This document shows positions 27,019 through 39,295 of a stretch of DNA of 64,000 bases, in pieces. The notes beneath the pieces were generated by a model. It saw only the letters and a program-made list of their open reading frames with translations. It had not been told where the DNA came from and ran no database searches. The stretch is taken from assembly GCA_016748015.1 (NCBI GenBank), contig JAAOMT010000299.1:1106764-1170763 (forward strand), in the 5' to 3' direction. How positions within the stretch are numbered: the stretch's first letter is position 1; each line of letters opens with the position of its first letter. Both the position numbers and the translations under genes were made by a program. This DNA comes from Geosiphon pyriformis uo1 (lineage: Eukaryota; Fungi; Glomeromycota).

Positions 27019-30000
27019 AAGATCCTTGACCTCATATCCAATGAAAAAAACTAGCGATCACGGAAAAATTTTTGATTTTGCACTGGACTTAAATTTCATA
27101 AAAAGCTTTTTTCTTCCACAATTTTTGATGCCCAACTTTCAAAGGTTTGCTAAAATGGAAATATCAATCACGCTTTCAACATACTTCAATCTCAGCGTAA
27201 ACAAGATCAACCTATTTGAAATCATTAAAAGATGATAATCGACAGTTTCTAAAACATTACTCTTTCGAGATTTTTCTGTATATTGCCATTTTTAGTAATT
27301 TTGAGTTTACTCTTATCTTTGTTTAACCAATCATTTTAGTTAAGAAAATTCTTGCTCATCGGATCATCCACAAGCTTAGTAAGAAAGCCTTACTTTTGGA
27401 ATCTTAAACTCCGAAGTTATCGCTGCAAAAAAAATTCAATTCAATTTGTAATATTAGTGCCTAAAATATTTGGAAATTTTTACAGAAAACTCTTTGTAAA
27501 CTTTGCCAAAACATAAAATATTAAAAATCGTTCTCCCAACAATAACTGCTAGATTCCCCAATGCAAAAATAAACAATTCGCTAATTTATAAAAGAATCAA
27601 ATCACAAAGTTTTGAATTAAGAATAATCCAAAGCAAATTCTAAATTGTAATCTCTATTTAAAATAAATAATTCAATAAATTATAATATATGAGTATTTCA
27701 AATCAAAGATTTTTTTTCTATGAAATTAGTTTAATATCCAAATTCTCATTTTTTGAACAATCAAAGTTTTTTATCAATATATATTTGATTTATTAGATAG
27801 ATTATTTTGCAACAAAATAAGTTTTGCAAAAGCCTTTTATGATATTCTGGAAAAAACACAACAATTTGGATTGAGAAAGAGATAAATTTTAAGTCAAAAT
27901 TAACTTCAAGTAAACTTATTTCTCATTTTAAAGCTTAGAACAGTTTTTCAAGTATATTACTATTCAAATAAAAGATTATAAGTTTATATTGCCAATTAAT
28001 TTCAAAAATTAAAATAATTTATAAGTTAACATATTGTGGTTTATTCCACGCACAAAGTTTGTAATATTCAATAAATTTTTTTAACAAGTCAAAATAATAA
28101 CAGGTTTATGATTCTGGATAAAAATTGTTATTTAATGAAAAAAGTGACAAATTTTGTAATGTATAATTATATTAATTTTGAACTTTAAATTCTAAACAAT
28201 GTATTGCCGAATAATATCATAAAATTGAAATTTTATTTTTATTTATTTTTCTATTGTTATTTTGTTTATCTGATAAGGAATGTTTTGCAACCTATTTATA
28301 TTTATACAAAACAAATTTGTGACATGTTTAAACAATTAAAAAATATATCTTTTTTTAAAATGTATGTTATAGTTTTTGAATAACTATTATATTATTGATT
28401 AATTTGCAAATAAATAACAATATTTAGATAAAACTCGAGCACAAATTAATGAAAATTTAATTTATATTTCATATTTGGTTAATTAAAATCTTATTCTATT
28501 ACAAATTTAATTTCGGCAATAATTAACATATTATAAACAAGAATTTATTTTTTTGCATTATTTTATAATTTTCAAGTTAATTATTTGATAATAAAATCTT
28601 AAAAGTTTTTGACCTTTAAACTAAAATAGAACTGCAATTAAAAAAATTCTAACCTAAAAATTTTTGCATTTGTTTGCTTTTCTTAGCTAAAATTATATTA
28701 TCCCTTAATTTTTTGTTGATTATTCCATTATTAATTATTTAATTCATCCAATTATTTTTACTATTAAAAAGTATAATTAGATGTAATAATTACATATGTA
28801 ATGTTTTAAATTTGGTAAAAATTAAAATTTAGCCAAGATTTGAGATATTTTGAATAAGTTGATCAAAATATTGTAATTAATTTAAATTTTGAATGATGTG
28901 TCAAAATTTTTGCAAAATTAAAAATACTTAAAATAATAATATTTAAATGATACAAAAAAGCCTATCTCTTTAAAGAAATATTTATTTAATAGCTTAAAAA
29001 GTTAAATACTTGAAATAAATACAATTTATTGAAACAAAAATTAAAACTTAATAGATCCAAAATTGGCTTTTTTAAAATTATTATACTTAAATTAAATTTT
29101 AGACTCCAAAAAATAATTATTTTTAAATTGTTTACTATTTGTTTTTATAAAATGATAATTTTTTAAGCAATTGCAAATACAATAATTATAATAAATAATT
29201 AGATATTAGTTAGTAATTAAATTAAATACAATTATTTTTAAATATTATAGTTTCAAAGCTTTGAAAAATATTGAAATCAATTAAAAAATATTAAAAATAA
29301 ACAAATAAGATATTTTCTGATAATAATATAATTATTTTAATTACAGTATATAATATTTAAAATAAGAAATCTTTAAATTAACAGAATTATTGGTTTTGTT
29401 AAATGTATATTATAAAAATCATAAATAAAAATTTATATACTTATTAAACTAACAAAAATAAAATTCAAAAAATAATAAATTTAACTATTAAAAATATGTA
29501 ATTTAAAATATTTATTTATTTATTTCAACTTATTCATCTTTGGATTAAATAAATTCAGTATTCAAACCAATAATTATATGATTTTTTATTATATTTAACA
29601 GATAAAGTTTTATTAATTAGAAGTTAATTAAAAATATCATGTATTTTTTTCATATAACTTTGATAATTATTTATAGTATTATTAAGAAATAATAAAATGT
29701 TGAATAATACAAGATAATGCAAAATTATTGTTTGTACAAATTAAAATTAAATTCAACAAAATTCCAAATTTGTATAGTAAATTGAATTATATTTATAATA
29801 ATAATAAAGCTTATAGATGTCTTATTTTTATAACTTTATAATAAGAATTTGATATTGTTTATTAACAATTTTTATATTGATACTTAAATATATATTTGAT
29901 AAAAATTAAAAACATTTGCTTTGAATAAATAAATAATTTAGCATTATATAGTTACAAATAGTTTATTCCATTTAAAAAAAGATAATAAAGTATGATGCCA

Positions 30001-30399
30001 ATAAAAAAGTTATTTTTCAAGTATATAAAATGTAAAATTATTCAAAAATAATAAAACAGTTTTTATAACCAATAAAAAAACGCATAGCGGCATTTATGCA
30101 TTATGTTTTAAATAATAATTACAAGTAAAGTATTTTATTGGATTTTTTTATACATTTCAGATTTTTATTTTGTGAATAAAAAAATGTAATTTCAAAGTTT
30201 TTGTAATATTATGAGACAAAAACTGTAATTCTGTTTTTTTAAAACTAAATATTTTCAAAATTTTAAAAATTTGTATTATTTGCTTGGTCAAGCTGTAAAA
30301 TTAATAAATATTTAAAAAATTTGAAATGAATAATTTTTTACGACTATTTAGATAAATGTAATAAAAAATTAATTATTGATTTATTTTAAATCAGAAATT

Positions 30400-32370
30400 A
30401 ATATAATAAATAATAATAAGGAACTTTATTTTTAGAATTAGCAAACTCAAATAAAAAAATATTAATTTTATGATCACTTTGGATTAATAAAAATAGCTAT
30501 ATATTCAATGAAGTAACTTATATTTTGCACATTTTAATTATTATAATATATATTATATTTCAACTAAACAACTTTATTAGTAAAAAATACTTTAAAAAAA
30601 TTTAATTAATTTTGCACAACTTTAAATCATTGATTAATAAAAAGTAAACATAGCTTATATATTTTCTATATATAACTAGCAATTTAAACTTAAGTAAATA
30701 AGTAATCGTCTCTTTTTTTAAACCAAAAGCAATATTTCTATTCTACCAAAGTAATTTACAAATACTTCTTTATTATAAGTATATTTATGCATCTATTTTT
30801 CTGTTGCTTTTTTGTAGAATTTTACTATATTTTCTTGCAAACTTTATATTTAATACTATTACAGTTTGATTTTTTAACTTGATTAATTATTCTTGTAGAA
30901 AATATATAAGCAAAATTTTTCAAAGTTGTAAAAAGGCATTTTTACTTAATCAATTAAAAATCTATTTTTTTTTATTTTTTGATTACTATATATAATATTG
31001 AAAAACAACAGTTTTAACATAATATACCAAATCAGTAAACTAATTTACAAAAACTTTAAATATAATAAAAGGCTTAAAAAAAGCTTAAGTGAACAAGAAA
31101 AAACAGTTTTACAATTAAAAGCCAGATAATTCAAACTTTATTTTTTATAACAATAATAATATGTAAAAGTTTTTTCTCAAATATAATATTTTTATAAAAT
31201 TTTAGTCTTAACTATAGTATTATTAAAGACTTTTTTAAACTTAAAAGTAACAATAATAAATCTTTAATAATAACTAATATTAAAAGTCTAAGAAATAAAA
31301 CAAGTCTAATTATATTTTCAAAAAACCAAATTACTGATTTCGAAAATGGTATGCCAAAAAAAAGATTAATTAATTTGAAAAAAAGAATTCAAATACTAGC
31401 AGTAGTTAATAAACAAGAACTTAAAATAAATAACAGCACATTGCTACAACCAATAAGTTTCAAAAATTTTACCAAAAAGTTATAACAACGAAAGCAAAAC
31501 CAGAAAAACCAGTTTCAAATTAATAAAACCATGTAAAAATTAAAATATATGTTATTTTGATTTTTACAATAACGTTAGGTGCCAAAGTAAAAACTATTGT
31601 TACCAGAAATTTTTATATTTTTGGTAACATTTATTTTGTTGAAAATAACTTTAAATCTATTGTTTATATATTGCTTTACTTAAAAAACTTTTAATAATTA
31701 ATAATTGTTTTTAAACACTATTAAAACCAATAGTGCTTTCAGAAAAAAGAAAGCTTTAGTTTTTATTTTATTAATTTAATCTTTGTAATAAAATAATACA
31801 ACAGTGTCATTACAAAAGATTATGTACTAAAACATAATTTGCTTTGCTTCTAAAACTGATAATAATCGATTAAAATTTATTATATTAAGTAATATAAGCA
31901 AATACCAAATCAAATTAGCTTTAGCAAAATATGCTGTTGTTATTAGTATTGATTAATATAGAAAAACTTAATACCATATTTTCAAAAAAAACAGGCTTTA
32001 ATATAATAAAAATACTTTAAAAAACATCAAGAGAAACTATTATCTTAGGTATTTTAAAAAAACAGTTTCTTTTACTGTTTTGGTTTTCTAATTATTTGAG
32101 TAGTAGTACTAATTTTTGGTTGAATTTTTAATAGTTTAATAGTAATATTTAAACTATTTTTAATAAACTGTTTTAAAAGAACTTTGAAAAAAAAACTTCT
32201 AACCAAAAAAAAAAGTGTTTTTTAGCAGTTAAAAAAAAATGTTTTAACAGAATTGTTTTTATACTTAAAAAGATTTTTTGAATATTGTTGTTAAAATTCC
32301 AAAAAAATAAGAATTGCTTTTTTACTTTTTGCTTTAAATTTAATTATAAAAATATATAAGAAAAGATATA
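30400..32370 (-). mobile_element. Heavily decayed copy or fragments of the ORF1-only (HAL1-like) retroelement
   Basis: 31830-31920 and 32150-32370 align by eye with the reverse complement of 61545-61680 and 61030-61280. 31110-31260 aligns with 62400-62545. Boundaries are approximate. Confidence 0.55.
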
Positions 32371-32401
32371 AATTTGTGTTTAAAATAACAAGATTTGTTA
32401 A

Positions 32402-32985
32402 TTTTTTTTTATTTAACAAGTGAGGCCTAAATGCCACCTAGCACAATGCATCAAACTAAGTAATCTAAACTAGGCACAAATCATGTATTTTTTACACGTG
32501 ACCAGCTACTCAGACCAATCAGAGCAATACTATAAATCTATCTTAACAGAAACCACACAATCAGTACCAGAAAAAAACCTGCAAAGCTTACAAGAACCAA
32601 AACTGATGCTGTATGCCTCCACAATCCCAAGCAACTTAAAAACACCATCAGAAAGCAAAGACACAGGACCACGAATCTCAGGAGACACAGACCCATCATG
32701 TGCAATTAAACCTTTCTTCTTTATCAATGCTCTATACTTAGCCTTCACCAACTATACATCAACCCAATGAGCCATTCCCAAATCTTGTACCAACTCGACA
32801 ACCTTCTTGCTGGCAGTCTTGGCACAGCCAAAAACAGAGACAGCCTCCAAATACCATTCTCTGAATACAAAACTTTTGCATAATGCATTATACATAGTAT
32901 TGTTAAAAGCACACAAGGAAAGCAATTGTGAAATACAGGACGATGACAAATTTAAGCCTGACACAGAACCCTACTGGGCCATGTT
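32402..32985 (-). mobile_element. 5'-truncated LINE copy (ORF2 C-terminus, 3' UTR, poly-A)
   Basis: ALCKSFVFREWY...VKAKYRALIKKKGLIAHDG is homologous to 59785-60180. The 3' UTR matches 60178-60313. The T-run at 32402-32410 is the poly-A tail. Confidence 0.9.
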
Positions 32986-33577
32986 ATTTATTATGTTAAA
33001 ATTTTTAAATCAGATAAAAATTTATATTTTTAAAAAACATAATTTTTAAATTGCAAAAAATATTGTTTTTATAATTAAATATGTGTTTTTTATATTTTGA
33101 TAGATTAAAGTACCACATTAATAAATAGTAAGAAAAAACCAATATTGCATAACAAAAATTATCAAAAAAACTCAATGTGCAAGATTAGTTTCACAAATAT
33201 TTTATTTGCTATTTTTTTCAAAAAATAACAAAAAAATCTGAAAGTAGCGATATTATTAACAAAAATAACACAATTGCTTTAAATATATGTTTTATATTGA
33301 CACTTTTATAATTTAATAACAGATGTTATTTATACTTTTTAGTAAATATTTATTTAATACAATTCATAAAAGCTAAAAAAAAATAGTAATTAAAAGTATA
33401 AGAAAATTAAAATTATTGTATTAATTTGTAATTAATTAGCTGATTTAAGTAAATATACTTTTCTACAACTTTGAAAAGTCTTGTTTATATATTCATAATA
33501 AAATTAATAATTAAGTTAGTAATTACATTAATAATTTAGTTCATTTTTTGCTGCAAATGTCTTTGTGGATAATTTTA

Positions 33578-34859
33578 CAGTCCTCCCGAAAAGTAATGGT
33601 GGGGTATTTTTTTTAAACATAATAATTTCTGTTTAAATTTTAAGATTTAATAGATATATAAGTAAAGAATATATATGCAAAAAATAAATATTTAGTATGT
33701 CCTCTTTTTACACTAATACAATCTTGAATTCGATTTTGCATATTAGTAATACAGTTAAGAATGGCCTCATTAGATTGATTATTCCATTCTTCTACTATTG
33801 TAATAAAAATCGCTTAAGAGATATTTTTTTGTGTGCTATTATTGTCTTGACTTTTTTTTCAACATTTCGTTTAAGAATAGCCCAAATATTCTCAATTGGA
33901 TTGAGATCTGAACTATATGATGGCCAAGACAAAATGCAATTTGGCAGTTGCATCTCAAGATCTGCGCGAACATCTTTTGAAGTATGCTTTGGATTGTTAT
34001 TATGCTAGAAAATCCAACGTTGTCGTCCATATATGCTAGTTGCATTGTAATATAAATTCTCATTAAGAATTTTACGATAAAGATGTCGGTCCATATTTTC
34101 GGTAAAGATGCACATTCCAACTTTTCTATATCCACAAATTGCTCCCCACATATGAAGTTTAAATATATGTTTTACCATTGGTGCAATAGGTTTACCTGAA
34201 TGAGACCAAGCCAAGCAAGTATTTCGAAACATTTGTAAAGTTGTTTCATCTGAAAATACTACTTTGTGCCAATTATAATTAGAATGTTCTTGAACGTACT
34301 AATCGGTTTTGTTTGGCTTGTTCAGTAAGTAGAGATATACATCTTGATAAAACATCTGTATAACCAAGCTTAGAAAGTTCATCGCGAATAATCTGTTCAC
34401 TTATTTTAATCTCAGAATATGTTTTTGCAAGTTGTGCCATGATTTCAATTGCTGTAGTAAAGTGATTTCGGTTTACAATTATTCCAATCTGGTGACTCAT
34501 TTTTAGTAAAGTTTTTTGTGGATGACCTGAACAATAAATTGCTCGAATTTGACCATTTTACGAAGTTGTCTTATATATTATTCACAAGAGTGAAGAAGAA
34601 CATTGGTTTTTCGAGATATTTTGGTTGGACTTCAATAACCTTGTTGCCAAAATCTCTTAACGGCTTCACAATTGAATTTTACAGGTTTATTTTTCATTAC
34701 AAGAAATAAAACACATTATTGATCAAAACAATTTTGTTTTAAAAAATAAAAATAGTAGCATGGAATGTATACACGTACAAATTATTACTTTACAATAGCT
34801 GATCAGACCAAGAATTACGCGCCGCAAGAGTTATCCCACCATTACTTTTTGGGGTACTG
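33578..34859 (-). mobile_element. Tc1-family DNA transposon with inactivated transposase
   Basis: TA-flanked ~29-bp TIRs (CAGTCCTCCCGAAAAGTAATGGTGGG versus CAGTACCCCAAAAAGTAATGGTGGG). Minus-strand motifs VFSDET, WGAI, decayed QQDNDPKH and WPSYSSDLNPIENIW, with stops and frameshifts. Confidence 0.93.
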
Positions 34860-35152
34860 TATTTGAATAAGCAATTCTTAGACTGCTTTACAATAGATAT
34901 TGGATATAATCAGTAAGTTTATAATTAAGTTTATAATTAAATTAATTAAAAATCATATTAATAAGTAATTTTAAAAATAGAATTAATATAAATAATATTA
35001 ATAATTAGTACATATAAATTAAATAAGATTAAATAATTAAATAACTAAAAAATTTAACTATAATAATATAAATTATTTTTAAAAACTGTTTATTAAATTA
35101 TATATGAATATTATAAAGTTTATACAATATAAAAAATATTGTATAAATTTTA

Positions 35153-37575
35153 TTTTTTTTATATATTTTAATAAGTAAGCTCTATATACAACTTAATACA
35201 ATTTATTAAACTATGTGATCTAAACTAGATATGAATTACACACTTTCTACATGTGACCAGCCACTCAAACCAATCAAGACAACACTATATTAAATTTATG
35301 AAAAGAAATCTATTCTAAAGAAACATCTTACTTATAATAACAACAGTATACTATTTTTGATAAAACCATTCAACTAAATAGCAGTTGTATTTACATTAAA
35401 TTTGACAGAGTTGAGTTAATGTTTTTAAAAAGTAATTAACTAAGTATAAAGTTTATTATTAAGTGAATTGATTTTATATTCATTCACAAAATTAGTATTA
35501 AAACCAATGTTACCAGAGGTTTTTGGTCTCTTTTCTTGAATGTTGTTAGTTCTTATTTGCTGCCAACTCACGTTTTCTGGAAGCTAGAGAACCTCTGATA
35601 ACTGAATTTATCTTCAAATTATCTTCTATAATTTGAACCACTGGGCTTATAAGTAGAATGGCCAATTCTGTGCCAGTTACTTTATGCAGTTACATTGTAG
35701 TAAACATCAACTCTTTCCCTAAAATTGCTCATCTAGAAGCTCACTAAAAATGTGTAATTACTTTGCTGTGAAAGTCAACTCTTCTACAGAAATCTCGTCT
35801 GTAGACTACTCTAATGATTATAATAAGAAAAGAAAAGAAAAGAAAAGAAAAAAAGAAAAAAATTGCAAAGAAAATGAAATGTTGTCAAGGGAATCGTTTT
35901 CTATCCAGGCCTGGGGTTACTAACAGATTACTGAAATTGGTAGCTAATCAATTTCAAAATGTTAGTTGTGTTGAGGGAATTTCAAGTGTAATAATTAAGG
36001 ATTTGGATTTTTGAATGTTTTAATTTTTATTTGATTTGTAAAAATGATTCTAAGAAAAGTAAATCTAAAGTAAGATATCTATGGTAAGATATATTTTCTT
36101 GAAAAAAGAAGCTCTTCTTTTATACAACTTGTTGTAGTACTAGTCTTTGAACTTGCACTTTTCTTTTTGCTATCATTTTGATGAACTAAAGATACATTTC
36201 GATGAACTACAAGTTATTTCTGTAAACTATTGATTATTTCGGAGAATTATCCATTATTTCGGCGAATTCTTGAATGTTAAATGGTTCGGGGTATTGTGTT
36301 ATTTGATCATCTTAATTTTTATAATACAAATCAGGTTATTAATTGAATGATGATATTTGATAATTTGATTAAATAATAAGTAATAATTGAAATGATAATA
36401 ATTTATGCTGATTAATGATAGGAATTATAAGGGTAATTTCATGTTAATTACTAGCTAAAATTCTACTGATAACACCATATTTAGTTTTGATCAATACTAT
36501 ATTCATAAAAAGCTAACTTACAGCTTTACTAAGAACAAACATTTTATTTTAAATAGCACAAACTAAATTTTTAAGTTCTATATATAGCAAAAAAAGTGTT
36601 CAAAAAAGTGTTCAAAGAACTAATAAACTTTATAACAGTCTTAATCAAGACAATTAAACTCAAGATTTAAGAATTCAGAGAATTTAATTTAAACATAATA
36701 ACAGAATTAACAACAAAAACAATCAAAAAAATAGCATAAAAGACCAAAGAAACAAAAACCATAGATTAAGTTTTATTACTAATAAAAAATAACACAAAAG
36801 ATTTAAAGCCAATAACAGACTAAAGAAACAATTTAGAAAAAAAAAATAAGAATACCTTATAATTAACAAACAAATAATTTAAATTTTAACATCTATTTGT
36901 TTAACCCAATCTTTGAAATTAATTAACTTAATAAATTGTTTTGCTTCTAAAATCAGTAATGATTTGCTAAAAAACATTATATTTGGTAACATAGTCAATG
37001 ATTAATCTTGGTTTATCTTGAAAAAAATATTATTGTTGTTAATGTTTATATTAAAAAGAGAACTGGTTGCTGTTAAAAAGATTTTTTTTAAGATCTTATT
37101 TAAAACTACAAAAAAATTCAATGTAACAGTAATAAATACAAGTAACTGCTGCTGTTTTTTGAAGTCTTTGGTCTTTTTGGCTATTTGCAAAATAGTAATA
37201 ATATTAATAGTAATAAAAACAAAAAAGACCAGCTTTTTAACTAATCTGTTGTTAAAAACTTTGGGGCTTTTAAAAGAAATAGAAACCAGATTGAAATTAA
37301 CTTGAATGTGTTTCTTGAAAAAAACTTTGACTAAAAAAAAACCACCAGTCAAAGATAAAAAAAATGCTTTAGAAGCTGTTAAAGACAGCTTTTTACTATC
37401 AATATTTAAGAAAGATATGATCAAGATCTTTTGTTTAGCTGTTTTAATAATAAAAAGATTCTTTTTTGTTAAAACCTTATTAGTTACTACAAGAAAAGTA
37501 ATGTTTGAAACTTTTTTACTTTTTGTTCTGGTCATGATCATAAAATTAGAAGAGAAATAAATAACTTTCACAAAT
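35153..37575 (-). mobile_element. ORF1-only (HAL1-like) retroelement, internally deleted and interrupted by a solo LTR
   Basis: The 5' ORF (MIMTRTKSKKV...) is homologous to 61050-61680. The ORF end at 35285-35420 resembles 63050-63176. The 3' UTR at 35170-35290 closely matches the LINE 3' UTR and ends in an A-run. Confidence 0.75.
35508..36474 (-). mobile_element. Probable solo LTR (967 bp)
   Basis: TG...CA ends with 8/9 inverted identity (TGTTACCAG / CTGATAACA) and flanks CCAA/CCAT. A minus-strand TATAAAA box lies near 36120. There is no coding capacity, and it interrupts the surrounding element. Confidence 0.65.
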
Positions 37576-37820
37576 AAAAAATTTTAAATGTAATATTTCA
37601 AAAAAGCTTTATTATTATTTTGTATATTTTATGAATAATTATTATGTTTTTTACATATAACTAATCATCTAAATTAATCAAAATTACATTAACCAGTTAT
37701 ACAATATAAAAAATCATAATTAAAGCCACCAAAGCTTTGTAACTTTGAAAATTCTATATTAGATACTATGTGCACAAATTTTTTAAACTTTTAGAACTTA
37801 ATTAAATTACAATACAGCTA

Positions 37821-39295
37821 CAGTCTAATAAGAAAAAAATTGGAAATATAAAAATAATTACTATGTCTTAACTAATGTACCAAATTACATAAAACAACTA
37901 TTATTAGAAAATCAAATACCATATAATTTTATTAAAAAATAAGAAATTCTTTCACCATTTATCTCAATTATCATTTTACAAAGCCGCCTCATTAATTCTA
38001 CTAACCCAATTAAGGTAGATTTAGGAATATCTTGTCACTCTTTCCCCATAAATCTCTCTAATTCACTACGATTTTGAGGCATTCTTTTTTCTATATTCTT
38101 TTTAACAATAACTCAAAGGTTTTCTAGTAGGTTTAAGTCGGAATTATTAGATAGTTATCCCAACAATTCAGTTGTATTCTCAGCAATAAATTCTTTGGCA
38201 AGTTTGCTAGTATGCTTGGGGTCATTTTCTTGTTGGAATCGCCAATTATTCTCCAGCATTGCTCTAATTTCAGGTAAGTGGTTATGAAGAATATCTATAT
38301 AAAATTGAGAATTCATTTTTTGAACAAAACAGAATAAACTAGTCTTTTCTTTTTTGTAAAAACCCCTCCACGCGAGAATTTTTGTTTGATCTTTAGGCAT
38401 AGGACAAATTGGTCAAGTATCTTTATGCCAATATTTTACCGTTTTTTGAAAAAGTTGAAAAGATGTTTCGTTAGTAAAAACTGTTCTTTTCCAATCATTA
38501 TTCAGGTGTTTTTTGGCCTATTCTATACGTTTTCGCTTATTCTCTTTGGTCAGCATTGGAGTTGCTCTAGGAAAACTTTTTTATAATTAAGATTGAATAA
38601 ATGGTTTTGAATAGTAACATGAGAAACATTTATTCTCTTCTTAGCCAACTTTATTGCTAAATATCTAGACAAAACTGAGGAATCTCTACAAATAATCTGC
38701 TTTAATACTTTTAAAGCATTTTCCATAATCTTTCTTGGCCAAACATTACCACTCGCATGCTTTATTGTTCCTTTTTTTTGAGTTTTTCGAGGATATTATA
38801 GATTGTAGAAAGGGGTATATTTGTTTTATTCTGTATTTCTTTCGTCTTTCGTATTCCTTGCTTCCAAAAATGTAATATGACTTGCCGTTGCATTTCTTGC
38901 TTTGAAGTCGGCATTTCAAAGACAAGTTTTAAAAAAAACTATTAGTTAATATGCGAGAAAATGTTTTTAGAGCTCAGCCACTTACCTAATATTCTGTTTC
39001 CATTTTTACCATCACAAAACTTACTAAAAATGGTTAAACCAAACACAATCTTAGTAGATTCATATTTTTCCAATTTTTTTCTTATCAGACTGTACCTTAA
39101 TTGGGTTAGTAGGATTAAAGAGGCGGCATTGTGAAATGATAATTGAGACAAATGGTAAAAGAATTTCTTACTAATTTTTTTTAATAAAATTATATGATAT
39201 TTGATTTTCTAATAATAGTTGTTATATGTAATTTGGTACATTAGCTAAGACATAGTAATTATTTTTATATTTCCAATTTTTTTCTTACCAGACTG
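37821..39295 (-). mobile_element. Tc1-family transposon (core 37821-39092) plus an inverted duplicate of its left ~200 bp (39093-39295)
   Basis: TIR CAGTCT(A/G)(A/G)TAAGAAAAAAATTGGA occurs at 37821, 39092 and 39295, each next to TA. The transposase starts at ATG 38914 (MPTSKQEMQRQVILHFW...) and includes WRFQQENDPKH, with stops. Confidence 0.92.

Noticed and set aside
27700-30400. Extremely AT-rich tract, likewise 39400-41550, 43770-44800 and 47000-48390
   Set aside because: Probably terminally eroded TEs, but no motif or termini could be assigned by eye.
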